A stretch of DNA of 63,615 bases, filler included, from Octopus bimaculoides (lineage: Eukaryota), in NCBI RefSeq assembly GCF_001194135.2. It is 7 parts of 6 records of this genome, joined end to end, with 100 filler letters (N's around TTAATTAATTAA, not from the genome) between each part and the next. Parts side by side here need not be neighbours in the genome. Positions count along the whole stretch, not along the records: positions 14,821 to 37,986 come from NC_068986.1; positions 38,087 to 54,690 come from NC_068986.1; 5 more parts are not named here. One strand, 5' to 3'. Below, one piece after another: positions 26,857-39,489 of this stretch; the first letter of the stretch is position 1; each line of letters begins with the position of its first letter. The notes beneath the pieces are model-generated. The model made no database searches and had not been told where the DNA came from. It saw only the letters and a list, made by a program, of their open reading frames with translations. The position numbers were made by a program, and so were the translations under genes.

Positions 26857-27145
26857 AAGAAAGAGAGTGTGTGTGTGTGTGTGTGTGTACGTGAGTGTGT
26901 GTGTGTGTGTGTACGTGTGTGTGTGTGTGTGTCATTGTGCCTGCACTTGTCCCTCACCACCGCTTGACAATCGGTGTTGGTGTATTTACGTCCCCGTAAC
27001 TTGGCGGTTCAACAAAAATGACCGATAGAATAAATAGCATACTTAGATGAAAATATAAGTACTGGAACCGATTCATCTGACTAGAAGTTCTACAAGGCAA
27101 TGCCCCAGCATGGCCGTAGCCTAATGACGGAAACAAGTAAAAGAA
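26706..27145 (+). mobile_element. SINE family C with internal TG/AG microsatellite
   Basis: Head (partly deleted), internal repeat and 3' domain. Confidence 0.8.
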
Positions 27146-27705
27146 AAAAAAAGGTTAAAAGATACGTACGTGCGCGTGCATGTATATGTGTGTGTATGTG
27201 CATGTGTGTGTGTGTGTGAGTGCGTACGTACGTGTGTGTGTGTGTTCGTGTGCGTCTGTGTCTGTTTGTATTATTGTTTCGTAATGCCTATGTTTAATTT
27301 TCCGTTCAGATCTGTAATGGTAGCGTTACAAACCAGTTTTTCTATGGTGTGTGAGAAAACTGGACGCCCATCACACTGGTCTGCGCAAAACAAACAAAAG
27401 CCAAATCCGAAAGTTATCATCGATTCTACCACAAACTGGGCATAAGCACAGGTAGAAACACTTCATTGTGCAGACATACCCAGTTTCCAGTGGAAATGGA
27501 GGTAAACTTCTGAATGTGACGGTCGATTTTTGTTTTTATTTTATTTTCCTTTTAAATATAGTCCACAGGATTACAGTCTGATGAGCGTTTCTGAAGGAAA
27601 AACTGGTCGGTGAAACTATCAGTAATAGATCTGGACCGAAAAATTTAACGTATATATTAAGAAGCAGCGACGACGATGTAAACAGCAACAACAACAACAA
27701 CAGCG

Positions 27706-27768
<63 letters not shown>

Positions 27769-27899
27769 GCAACAATATTAATAACAGTAATGATAATATT
27801 TCCCCTCAGTGATCCAGCATTATAAGTGCTCACCGTGTAACTTAAAACCCTTAAGATCGGGTGATGTAACCTAAAACCTTCAGATGTATGTGTGTGTGT

Positions 27900-27964
<65 letters not shown>

Positions 27965-28166
27965 CATATGCATAAATATATGCACATATATGTATGTATG
28001 CCATGTATACTGATTTTTAGAATCTTTTTTTCAAAATGAAAGCCCGGTGGAGGGAGATTTGCTTAATAATCGCACTGATAATCTCTGTTAATCGAAGTGC
28101 TTTGATTCAGTATATTAAACGTTTGAGGCCCCAGCGTATGCGCGTGTGTGAGCAGGCAAATATATG

Positions 28167-28211
<45 letters not shown>

Positions 28212-28516
28212 CTATATATGTATGTATGGACGTATACAGATAGATAGATAGATACATACATACATACATACATACATACATACGTATATACGTATATATA
28301 TCGTTTCTAAATTGTGTTTGTACGTATGATTGTATATATTATACATATATTAGTTACATTGTTTGTTTTTAATTTCTCATTTCCAATTCCTGTATCTCTC
28401 TCTCCCCCCTTCTCTCTCTCTCTCTTTCTCGGTTACCCATTTCTCCCCCTCTCTTTCCATACCACTTTCTACGTATCTGCACATTTCACCCACCCGTCGT
28501 CGCCACCCGTCCACAG

Positions 28517-28604
28517 AGCCAGTGTCAGTCTCTTACAAGAGATGAAGGCTATCAGCAGTTGAACACTGAATCCCAGAGGAGGCGTCGTATTTCCCATGAA
28601 TTCG
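28517..28604 (+). CDS. Candidate 88-nt internal coding exon of an unidentified gene
   Basis: Long pyrimidine tract, CCACAG| acceptor, |GTAACA donor and an open frame SQCQSLTRDEGYQQLNTESQRRRRISHEF. No homology recognised. Confidence 0.3.
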
Positions 28605-28764
28605 GTAACAAATACCAACTCACCTCAACCCGTTTACAACATCGAACTTAATAGAGTTGTAATCATTTTCGGGTGGCTAAATTTCAGCAGCTCATAAATT
28701 ATATATACTTTCAAAAATTATAAAGAAAATAAAACTTTGAATTTGACATGTATGTATGTATGTG

Positions 28765-29147
28765 TGGATGTGCAATGGCCCAGTGGTTAGGGTAGCGGAC
28801 TCGCGGTCATAGGATCGCGGTTTCGATTCCCAGACCGGGCGTTGTGGGTGTTTATTGAGCGAAAACACCCGAAGCTCCACGAGGTTCCGGCAGGGGATGG
28901 TGGCGAACCCTGCTGTACTCTTCCACCACAACTTTCTCTCACTCTTACTTCCTGTTTCTGTTGTGCCTGTATTTCAAAGGGCTAGCCTTGTCACACTGTG
29001 TCACGCTGAATATCCCCGAGAACTATGTTAAGGGTACACCTGTCTGTGGAGTGCTCAGCCATTTGCACGTTAATTTCACGAGCAGACTGTTCCGTTCATC
29101 GGATCAACTGGAACCCTCGACGTCGTAAGCGACGGAGTGCCAACTAC
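28765..29147 (+). mobile_element. SINE family A in (TATG)n
   Basis: Full-length match to the other copies. Confidence 0.9.
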
Positions 29148-29189
29148 TATGTATGTATGTATGTATGTATGTATGTATGTACGTACGTA

Positions 29190-29230
<41 letters not shown>

Positions 29231-29791
29231 ATGTATGTGAGCTAATATCGAACAGGGACAATGAGTGCTCAACACCGCATTGATAGATAAATGTTCTTTA
29301 TTTGTGGGTTGACAAGGCTACCAATGGTTTCATGTGAAAAGAAATCTGTTAACAATTATGTATATATGTATGTATGTATGTATGTGTGTATTTGTGTGTG
29401 TATGCATATATGTTTTGATATCTGTGGATACGTGTAAATATATCTAATGGATGTCACCAATGTAACATTGAACAGATGTATAAACACCTTATCCTTTTTG
29501 CACACAGAACAGTAGAGAACGAATTGACATGTTTCCTATTTCGTTGTCCAACCATCATGTACTTTGTCATTCTTCTGTCATGTGTGCTTGCATGCATGCA
29601 TGCATGTATGTATGTATGTATGTATGCATGCATGATCGAGTATGAACAACTCAAGAGAGGTGTTCGTAAGAATTATAATGTGAAATTAGCTGAGTATGTT
29701 GGTGCACAGCCCTTTTTTTAATATAGCTTGTAGGTGTACCCGTCTAACTCATGTAGGCCTTAGGAGTCACTAGAGAAGCCAGAGAGAGAGT

Positions 29792-29839
<48 letters not shown>

Positions 29840-30164
29840 TGTTAACTATTCATTATACGGAATCGCTACATGAAAAGAGTGCAGTAAAGAATGCACGGTG
29901 AGAAGCGGACTGAATCGCCATATGAAGGTTCGCCAAAACAATACTGCAACACCTACTGCGTGAGGTGCCCATCGTTTCCACATCTATTTACTGTATTGCA
30001 AGTGTTTTACGAGTTCTACAATCCTTTAAATAATGATAATGGTATTTATATAAGCTTAAAGGTTATAGCGATCACCATGCAATGACTAAAGAAAATAGTC
30101 AAATAATGGTGCATAAAAGAATATATATAAGCTCTCGACAGAAAAAAAAAATAAATAAACTTTC

Positions 30165-30235
30165 CCATTCGCGTGGGATTCGAACCCACATCCCTTCGTT
30201 AATTTGACTAAATATGTTACCATTATATTGATAGT
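30165..30235 (-). repeat. Degenerate tRNA-derived head
   Basis: B box GGTTCGAATCCC with a weak A box; no complete cloverleaf. Confidence 0.4.
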
Positions 30236-30775
30236 TGTGAAAATACCCAGAAGACTTGGAGATGCACTAAATTGATCATATAGATATCAGTGCTTATAAT
30301 ATCCAGCGAATTTGACGGCTCATAAGACGTACAATTTTCAACCCATCCTTTAAAAATGCCCCAGAAAACAAGCTGACGTTTTGTGAAGGTCAAGGTTCAG
30401 GATTCTGACAATTGGCAGTTCAAGAAAGGATCTGTCAAAATTGAAATGTGTCTCAGGCACGCGCGCCTTTTAAGCTGTCAGATACATTAATACTTCTCAT
30501 TATATATATTTTGAATTCGCACACATCCACACACAAGCCTATTTATTCAGATGACTGGCACTTACAAGACTAGTCGTGTTTCATTCGAATTTCAAAATCA
30601 TCAGAGTGCATTCTGATGGTTTTCTGAACTCGAAGAAAACGCCACGTACAGCACGAACAAACGTATGTCTCTACTCTACCACATTATTTAGCATTTAACC
30701 TTACATCGTGGTTCTCTCGGTATTAGAAACAGGGATTTACTTAAACAACACACACACACACAATATATATATATG

Positions 30776-30816
<41 letters not shown>

Positions 30817-31076
30817 NNNNNNNNNNNNNNNNNNNNNNNNNNNNNNNNNNNNNNNNNNNNNNNNNNNNNNNNNNNNNNNNNNNNNNNNNNNNNNNNNNNN
30901 NNNNNNNNNNNNNNNNNNNNNNNNNNNNNNNNNNNNNNNNNNNNNNNNNNNNNNNNNNNNNNNNNNNNNNNNNNNNNNNNNNNNNNNNNNNNNNNNNNNN
31001 NNNNNNNNNNNNNNNNNNNNNNNNNNNNNNNNNNNNNNNNNNNNNNNNNNNNNNNNNNNNNNNNNNNNNNNNTATT

Positions 31077-31107
<31 letters not shown>

Positions 31108-31259
31108 AGCGTTCATAATAATTTTTCTATCGTCTTGGCTCAACAGCCCTCACCGTTTGTTTTTACTGTCTTGTTCTCACTGTCCTGTTCTTGTTAACAC
31201 TTTCACCCTCCGCAAAAAATTCCAAATTTTATTTAATTTGCTTTGCAGGAAGGACTGTT

Positions 31260-32282
31260 CTAGCGAAGTCTTTTTATAATATGTTTTTGGTAATTTCTGG
31301 TGGGGAGGCTTTGGTCTTGTGTTGCAGTTAAAGATCCTTCAGTCTCTGCTTTGAGTCCTGAGTGTCTCAGCCATTGTTGGGATTTTGCTTTGTCTATTTC
31401 TTTTGCGTTTAGTTTCACCCAGCATTTGCCATGAAGGGGATTTTCTTGCCATCGTTTTATCATGTTCCGTTGATGTTCCAGTTTTAGTTTGGATTTCAGT
31501 TGTTTTACAACTTTTGTTGTTTCTTCTTTTTCTTCTTATGACTTCTTTTTTTGCCAGCTTCCTTAAAGACTGAAAACAGTTTTTTGTTTTGTTCGTGTTT
31601 TGTAGCTATTTCTATAAGTTTTCCTTGCTTCTGAAGTAGGTATTTCTGTAGTCCTATGATGGTTGTTTTGCAATAGTTTTCTAGCTGTGTAAGGCCTCTA
31701 CCACCTTCTATATGTTTTATATATAACCTTTCTATGTCAGATTTTGGGTGGTGCATCTTTAATCCTGTCATTATTTTTCGTTTCCCTGTCTATTTTTGAT
31801 TAGTTCATTTAGTGTCCTGTTAAGGATATTGTAGCTGTAAATTATAACTGGGACAGCTTGAATGTTGATACCTATTATCTTGTTTTCCGTATTGAGCTCT
31901 CTTTTCAGTATTAATCTAACTCGTCTATAGTATTCTTTTTAAAAAATTTTTCTTTCATTTATGTGTGTTGTATCTTATCTAGTTCATTGACTCCTAAATA
32001 TTTGTATGTCTGGCTTTGGTCTAATTCTCTTATTTCGTTTGCTTTATCTAGTGTGATGTTACTACTCTTAGCTCGTTTTCCTCTTTTCAAGGTTGCTTTT
32101 GCACATTTTTCTAAGCCAAATTTCATGTTTATTTCTTCGGTAAATCCATGTACTGTCTGTAGTAATATTTCCAGCTGTTTATCATTTGTAGGGCACAGTT
32201 TTAGATCATCTATATATAAGAAGTGGCTGATTGTTTTACCGTAACAGTTGTTGTATTCACATCCAGTTCTGTTTATAATTCA

Positions 32283-32283
<1 letters not shown>
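31260..32283 (-). mobile_element. Dong/R4-clade fragment (RT domains 5-7 to pre-knuckle), 5' junction at (TAA)n
   Basis: Translation SHFLYIDDLKL...MKFGLEKCAK...YKYLGV...MHHPKSDIERLYIKHIEGGRGL...LHGK...SGLKAETEG...QDQSLPTRNY. Confidence 0.9.
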
Positions 32284-32341
<58 letters not shown>

Positions 32342-32343
<2 letters not shown>

Positions 32344-32558
32344 GGGCGGTGAGCTGGCAAAATCGTTAGTACGCTGGGCGAAATGCTTAGCGGTATTTCA
32401 TCTGTCTTCATGTTATGTATTCAAATTCCGCCAAGGTCGACTTTGCCTTTCATCCCTTCGGGGTCGATAAATTAAGTACTAGTGAAACACTGGGGTTGAT
32501 GTAATCGACTTATCTCCTCCCCCGAAATTTCTGTCCTTGTGGCAAAATTTGAAACCAT
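32342..32558 (+). mobile_element. SINE family B in (ATT)n
   Basis: Full-length head, core and tail. Confidence 0.85.
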
Positions 32559-33274
32559 TGTTATTATTATTATTATTTACACTAGGCTTTAAATTTTGAG
32601 GTAGGAGTGAAGTTGATGCTATCGATTTAGCTTTTGGTTAGTACTTTATTTTGTCAACCACTGAAGAACAAAAACCAAAGTTTACTTTGATGGAATTTGA
32701 ACCCAGAACGCAAAGAACTGGAACAAAACCTCAAAGCATTTTTACTCAGCCAATCAAACGATTCAGCCAGTTTGGCTCTCACATAATTTACTAATGGATT
32801 CGTTGTGAATTTGTCAGTACGCCTTTTTATCCTCGTTATTTACAATTGAAAGAGAACAATCCTGGTACGAAGACATAACCAATTATTATTATTGTTGGGT
32901 GTCTTTGCCTTGTGCGTACGTAGGCCGAGTACGTAGTGCGGGGTGACGAGTCACGTATCGAGGGTCCGTCGTCGAAGAGGCTGTCACCCAACGTGGCGTG
33001 GTTGCGACTTATGTTTATTTATAAATGAATGTAATTCTGACAGAACGAGCGAGAAATAAGAGACAAAGAAGATAGAAGGAAACGGAGACGGAGAGACAAA
33101 AAGGAAAGAGAGGGAAAGAGAGAGGGAGGGAGAGAGAGGGAGGGAGGGAGAGAAAGAGAAAGATTGGGGAACTGAAAGAAATAATGGAGACAGACAGACA
33201 GACAGCAAGCTAGACACAAACTGCAAGACATTTACATGGTTGAATTATAGACATATTTCACAAACAAAAGCATG

Positions 33275-33337
<63 letters not shown>

Positions 33338-33955
33338 NNNNNNNNNNNNNNNNNNNNNNNNNNNNNNNNNNNNNNNNNNNNNNNNNNNNNNNNNNNNNNN
33401 NNNNNNNNNNNNNNNNNNNNNNNNNNNNNNNNNNNNNNNNNNNNNNNNNNNNNNNNNNNNNNNNNNNNNNNNNNNNNNNNNNNNNNNNNNNNNNNNNNNN
33501 NNNNNNNNNNNNNNNNNNNNNNNNNNNNNNNNNNNNNNNNNNNNNNNNNNNNNNNNNNNNNNNNNNNNNNNNNNNNNNNNNNNNNNNNNNNNNNNNNNNN
33601 NNNNNNNNNNNNNNNNNNNNNNNNNNNNNNNNNNNNNNNNNNNNNNNNNNNNNNNNNNNNNNNNNNNNNNNNNNNNNNNNNNNNNNNNNNNNNNNNNNNN
33701 NNNNNNNNNNNNNNNNNNNNNNNNNNNNNNNNNNNNNNNNNNNNNNNNNNNNNNNNNNNNNNNNNNNNNNNNNNNNNNNNNNNNNNNNNNNNNNNNNNNN
33801 NNNNNNNNNNNNNNNNNNNNNNNNNNNNNNNNNNNNNNNNNNNNNNNNNNNNNNNNNNNNNNNNNNNNNNNNNNNNNNNNNNNNNNNNNNNGGACTCCGC
33901 GAGATGAAAAACGTGGGAGTAAAGTGATCATGGAAATTCTCTTATTACACACACA

Positions 33956-34021
<66 letters not shown>

Positions 34022-34490
34022 CTCTAACTCTCTCTCCCTCTTTGACCCCCACCTACCTGCTCTCTCAATCTAGAATATCATCTGCTTTCATTTTCTGTTA
34101 TCAGCTTGCTCGTTTCTCTCGCTCTCCCAGAAGCTATATGTATGTATGTATGTATGTATGTATGCATGTATGTATGTATGTATGTATGTATGTATGTATG
34201 GATGGATGTATGTATATATGTGTGTATGTATGTCTGTGTGTATGTATATATGCATGTATGCGTGTATGCGTGCATGTACGTCGTATGCATGTATGCATGT
34301 ATGAATGTATGTATCTATATATATATGTGTGCATGTATGTATGCATGTATATATCACATTTTATTTGTTGTACTTCTCTCTCTCTCTCACACACGCATAC
34401 ACACACTCTCTCTCCCTCTCTCTACTATAGAGTACATACACAAACACACACACATACAATCACACATACGCTTATACATACATAAATAAG

Positions 34491-34521
<31 letters not shown>

Positions 34522-34575
34522 ATATATATATAAATAAATATATAAATATATAAATATATATATATATATATATAT

Positions 34576-34711
34576 CTCCGTATTCTTTCTGTTGAAGAGC
34601 GTAGCTCGAAACGTCAAAGACTTTCCGTATTCCCGAGCGTCATACTAATACATCCTTTTGTTATTTACACCACCTGTCCTCGCCTGTTGTTGTTTTTTCG
34701 TACATTCTCCC
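34576..34711 (+). mobile_element. ~135-bp Penelope-terminal-repeat-like mini-element in (TA)n
   Basis: Unique sequence bracketed by TA repeats and carrying a hammerhead-like motif. Confidence 0.5.
34584..34620 (+). ncRNA. Minimal type I hammerhead ribozyme motif with a variant core
   Basis: TCTTT-CTGTTGA-A-GAGC(GTA)GCTC-GAAA-CG-TC-AAAGA: perfect 5-bp stem I, 4-bp stem II, palindromic ACGT stem III and a GUC cleavage triplet. A6 is replaced by U. Confidence 0.55.
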
Positions 34712-35093
34712 ATATATATATATATGTATATGTATATGTATGTGTGTGTACATGTGTGTGTGTGTGTGTGTGTGTGCGTGTGTGTAATATTATAAGCAAT
34801 GATTTAAAGCTGAACACGTGACAGTAATCCCACCCAGGGGACTCTACATATCAGTAGCAGGGGACCAACATCGTTGTTTATTATTCCTCATACACTTGTC
34901 TCGTCATCTTTGTCGGAAGTTCTTTCAACTTATTCCTTAGTAACGTTTGTTTTTAAGACAATGACTGGTAATTTATACATATGTATCTATGTGTGTGTGT
35001 GTGTATGTATCTGTGTGTATGTATCTGTGTGTGTGTGTGTGTATGTGTGTGTGTGTATGTGTGAGTGTGTGTGTGTATAATACACTCTTTTGC

Positions 35094-35275
35094 TCTTTTT
35101 CTTGTTTCAGTCATTTGACTGCGGCCATGCTGGAGCACCACTTTTAGTCGAGCAAATCGACCCCAGGATTTTATTCTTTGTAATTCTAGTACTTATTTTA
35201 TCGGTCACTTTTGCCGAACCGCCAAATTACGGGGACGTAAACTCACCAGCATCGGTTGTCAAGCGATGTTGGGGA
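35094..35275 (-). mobile_element. SINE family C, 3' half
   Basis: Matches the other copies. Confidence 0.8.
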
Positions 35276-35654
35276 AACGAACACAGCCATAATTCCAATG
35301 TTTATTGATATAAAGTTTTTGAAACTCTTATGGCTGGAAATATCGCCATCTTTATTTGATGAACAAAAAACTAATCGTGACAATAATGATTTCTGGATAA
35401 GGCTAGCAATTTTGAAGAGAAGGGGTTAACCAATGTCATCAACCCCAATACTTGACTGGTAATTTATTTTACTGACCCCTGATATAGTTGAAACCAGCGG
35501 GAACTGAACTGAGAACGTAAGAAGTTGAAAAAAAATTCAGTTTACTTAAAGAATTATATTCACTTGTTGAATTATATAATTATCAGATGATTGCCATATT
35601 TTGCTCAAGTTATTTGATTTTTAAGTAGTTTCGTTTTGTGTATATAATGTAACA

Positions 35655-35820
35655 TAAAATCCTTTCTACTATAGGCACAAGGAGGGGACTAGTTGATTAC
35701 ATCGACCTCAGAGCTTAACTGGTACTTATTTTATCGACCGCGAAAGGAATGACAGGCAAAGTCGACCTCGGCCGAATTTCAACTCAGAATGTAAAGAGCC
35801 GGATGAAATGCTACTAAAAC
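35655..35820 (-). mobile_element. SINE family B, partial
   Basis: Core domain present. Confidence 0.75.
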
Positions 35821-36629
35821 TATCTTGATTTAGTTCGCATCTTAAGTTTAAAGAATTATTAAGGAATTACAAAATATATTATAAAGGTAGACTTCTTTTT
35901 TCATCCAATCTTTCATTTTGAAAGTGTTCCGTTCAGTTATTTACCGATGTTCTCTTACGAGCCCCTTTCGTAATCCATTCAATTGGAATGGATTTTTGAT
36001 CCAGTGCATATTACGACTTTTAAGAATCGAGTGTTTTGAGTTCTTCGGTTTTTAACGTAACATCGTATTGCCATTTCATTGTTTTAAATAGATATTTGAA
36101 AGCATTGTATAAATTGCAATGTTAAGTGTGTCTGAATTGTTTGTGCATAAGATTCAGGGCAACTTAAGTTGATATATATTTGATCTGTTAGTCTTATCTA
36201 TATTCAATTGCTTTATCTTCGTTGGATGCTACCTTTTGCCTTTATTTATAGAAATACTAAAGCCACACTCTGCGTTGACGATTTCCCCTTTTCAGTTTTA
36301 TCGCCATGTCGAAGTTCGTACTAGCTGTAAGCAAATAAATGTGTTGAGTGATAACAGCTTTTAAGGTTTATTGGTGACTAAATGTGATAAGGTAACTGTA
36401 ATTGAATGCAGATAACGTTGCTGCGCACATGTGTATGAATGTTTGATAGTGTGTGTGTGTATGTGTGTGTGCGTGACGCACGCAAATACGTTGACGTTAA
36501 TATCATCAACTATTTGATCAATTGCCATAACTAACAGGCAATTGTTTCTCTGAAAGATTACAATCTCAAATCAAGCAAATATCATTAGGAAAATTCTAAA
36601 AGGAGATTATACAAATGCTAAGTGAGGGA

Positions 36630-36744
<115 letters not shown>

Positions 36745-38089
36745 CACATATATATACATATTAACGAGAATCATGGAAATGACGTTGTGTTAAAGTATAT
36801 TGTCGTTACCAACAGATTTGAAATTGTTTACTATTAATGTCAGCTTTCACTACGATATAGTTTCGTAGTGATGGCTGTCCTTTGCTTGATATTACACTGC
36901 GCTATTTCTGCGTTAAGTTTTATTTGGGATTTCACAACTAGAACAACTTCACTGACCAAACTTGTAGTAATTTAGGGTTAATTCTGTGTTGTCAAGCAAT
37001 GTTTTCCTATTTCCATGGGCAATTTCATAATCACGCCTCCACTGAGCTGCCTGTCAAGATGAGTGGGAAGTGGTATTGTCACCTTGGCAATTGAAAGAGT
37101 TATTTCCAATTATAAATGAATGCCAAATAATTCTTAATTGTTTAAATTGTCCTTAAGTCGTACAGTAATAGCAACTCTAATAGACGGGATATATCACGAA
37201 AAACAGCTAACATTTGCACTACCCTTCCCTTGGTTCAAACAGTAGTGTTTTCAATTTCCAAAAACATCCTATGATTATTTTCGTATTTTTCGCAAAATAA
37301 GCACTTACTGCCACTAGTTCGCTGTCCAGTCTTTTAATCTTTCTGATGATAGTTAATTTTATCAATCCAGATAATATTATTTCTGAACTTCCTAATTTAT
37401 ATAATTTTAGCCTCTATTCTACAAAATCTTGAAGCAATATCATACAAAATTCCTTTCCTGGACTTCGCTAATATGTGAAATATGTTCGAATCAACCCACA
37501 TGTCATTCGGCGTTAAACTACTACTTTATAGAAAATTCTTCAACACTTGCACGTTATTTCAAATCTGAATTTAATATCTTTTTCTCAGACCTAATGTCTC
37601 AAACATTTAGACCATTTATATCTTCCATATCTTATTTCTAACCTGAGTTTATATATTTTCTTTGAGATTTGTTGAGGCTCACGTACAGTGGATCAACCAA
37701 AATTAGGGATTATCATGTTTCTTGCAGGTTATTTCCCAACCATGAAATCTGTTGACTTAGGATCTGCAGATTAATACAGTGACGTCAATCTTATAGCTTA
37801 GAATATTTTAAGATATTTTTTAAAGATATGGCATTTTGATTTATATCATCTTACTGGTTTCCGAAACGTTAACATGGTAATATGAACATATGTATTTACG
37901 CATGTATATATGTAGGTAGGTATGTATGTACGTAGGCAGCATCTAGGTAGGTAAGTAGGTAGGTATATATATATATATATATATATNNNNNNNNNNNNNN
38001 NNNNNNNNNNNNNNNNNNNNNNNNNNNNNNTTAATTAATTAANNNNNNNNNNNNNNNNNNNNNNNNNNNNNNNNNNNNNNNNNNNNTAT

Positions 38090-38260
38090 TTATTTGTATT
38101 ATTTCTACAAGTGAGGCGGAATGCTGGTTTTTCACAAAGAGCAAATGCTCCCTCATTAGAGTTTGGATAATGACAACAGCGATAATTGTTATATATCAAA
38201 CTTTGAAAATGTCTTGCATATTTTTGTTGTTCCACTTTTCAGAGTGCATTTAATCTTAGC
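38090..38260 (-). mobile_element. R4-type 3' end, related family, 5' junction at (CATA)n
   Basis: Translation LKSGTTKICKTFSKF*; 3' UTR GGAGCATTTG...GAAAAACCAG resembles the shared motif. Confidence 0.6.
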
Positions 38261-38312
38261 TCCTATGTATGTATGTATGTATGTATGTATGTATGTATGT
38301 ATGTATGTATGT

Positions 38313-39060
38313 CTCTTCTATTTTTTAATTATTATAAATCTTCCATTAATGAGGGAGTTGGTTTCCAACCAAAATACAAGGCTCCATCTTTGGGATGTAG
38401 TTAACAGAGACAAATTCACATTTAGAACTTGAGAAAAGTCTTGCATATTTTTATTGTTCCACTCACAAATTGCACTTGTAATGTACGAATTAGCCGGTCC
38501 ATTTGTCTTTCTGAAAATCCCAGTTTATCCAGATTCTCCTTTAAGCATTTACTAACAAAACTTAGTGCTCCAATTACTATTGGTATGAATATGAATTCAT
38601 AGTCTGGATATAGAAGCTGGAGGTTCCGAAGCAGTTGTCCATAGATCTCCTCTTTTTCCTTGATTTTCAAAGAGATATTTATACCTGCTGGGCAGCTGAC
38701 CTTTATGAAGGTACATACCTTTGTCCCTCCGTCTCAAACAACGATATCCGCCCTGGTGTTTATGAATGTATTCCATAACAGAGGAATTTTCTAAGTTCAT
38801 TTCAGGACAGACTTTTTAGCGGATGACTTTGTAAATTGTTTTAGTGACAACATCGTGCCGCATACGGAGGTAGTACCGTGATGACATTTTAGGACAGCTA
38901 CTAATCACATGTGTGATGTCTTCCACAGAAACATGACATGGCCTGCACATGCAGTTGCACTTTGGGATTACAAGAGCGTCAATGTCTCTCTTGTTCACCA
39001 GGTACTTTATAGCAATGTTAATCTGTTTGTTTCTTTACGCCGAGTAATTAGAATTCACTT
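38313..39060 (-). mobile_element. R4-type non-LTR element (CCHC knuckle + RLE + 3' UTR) ending in (CATA)n
   Basis: Translation CRPCHVSVEDITHVISSCPKMSSRYYLRMRHDVV...YGQLLRNLQLLYPDYEFIFIPIVIGAL...SGTIKICKTFLKF. Confidence 0.88.
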
Positions 39061-39084
39061 CAGTCTCCGAATGTATCTATCTTT

Positions 39085-39285
39085 TATCTTTTACTTGTTT
39101 CAGCCATTAGACTGCGGTCATGCTGGGGCACCGCTTTGAAGAATTTTGATTGAACGAATCGACCCCTGTACATTTTTTTTAAAGCTTGGTACTTAGTCTA
39201 TCGATCTCTTTTAACGAACCGCTAGATTACAGGAACGTAAACATATCAACACCGGTTGTCAAACGGTGGTGGGGGAACAAAACCG
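39085..39285 (-). mobile_element. SINE family C, 3' half
   Basis: Matches the other copies. Confidence 0.75.
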
Positions 39286-39489
39286 TNNNNNNNNNNNNNN
39301 NNNNNNNNNNNNNNNNNNNNNNNNNNNNNNNNNNNNNNNNNNNNNNNNNNNNNNNNNNNNNNNNNNNNNNNNNNNNNNNNNNNNNNATTATTATTATTAT
39401 TATTATTATTATTGAGTGAGAGAGCAATGTATGCCACCAAAGTGGAGTGTAGCAAAGAAATAGCAATAGACTACAATAGATTATAGGAT

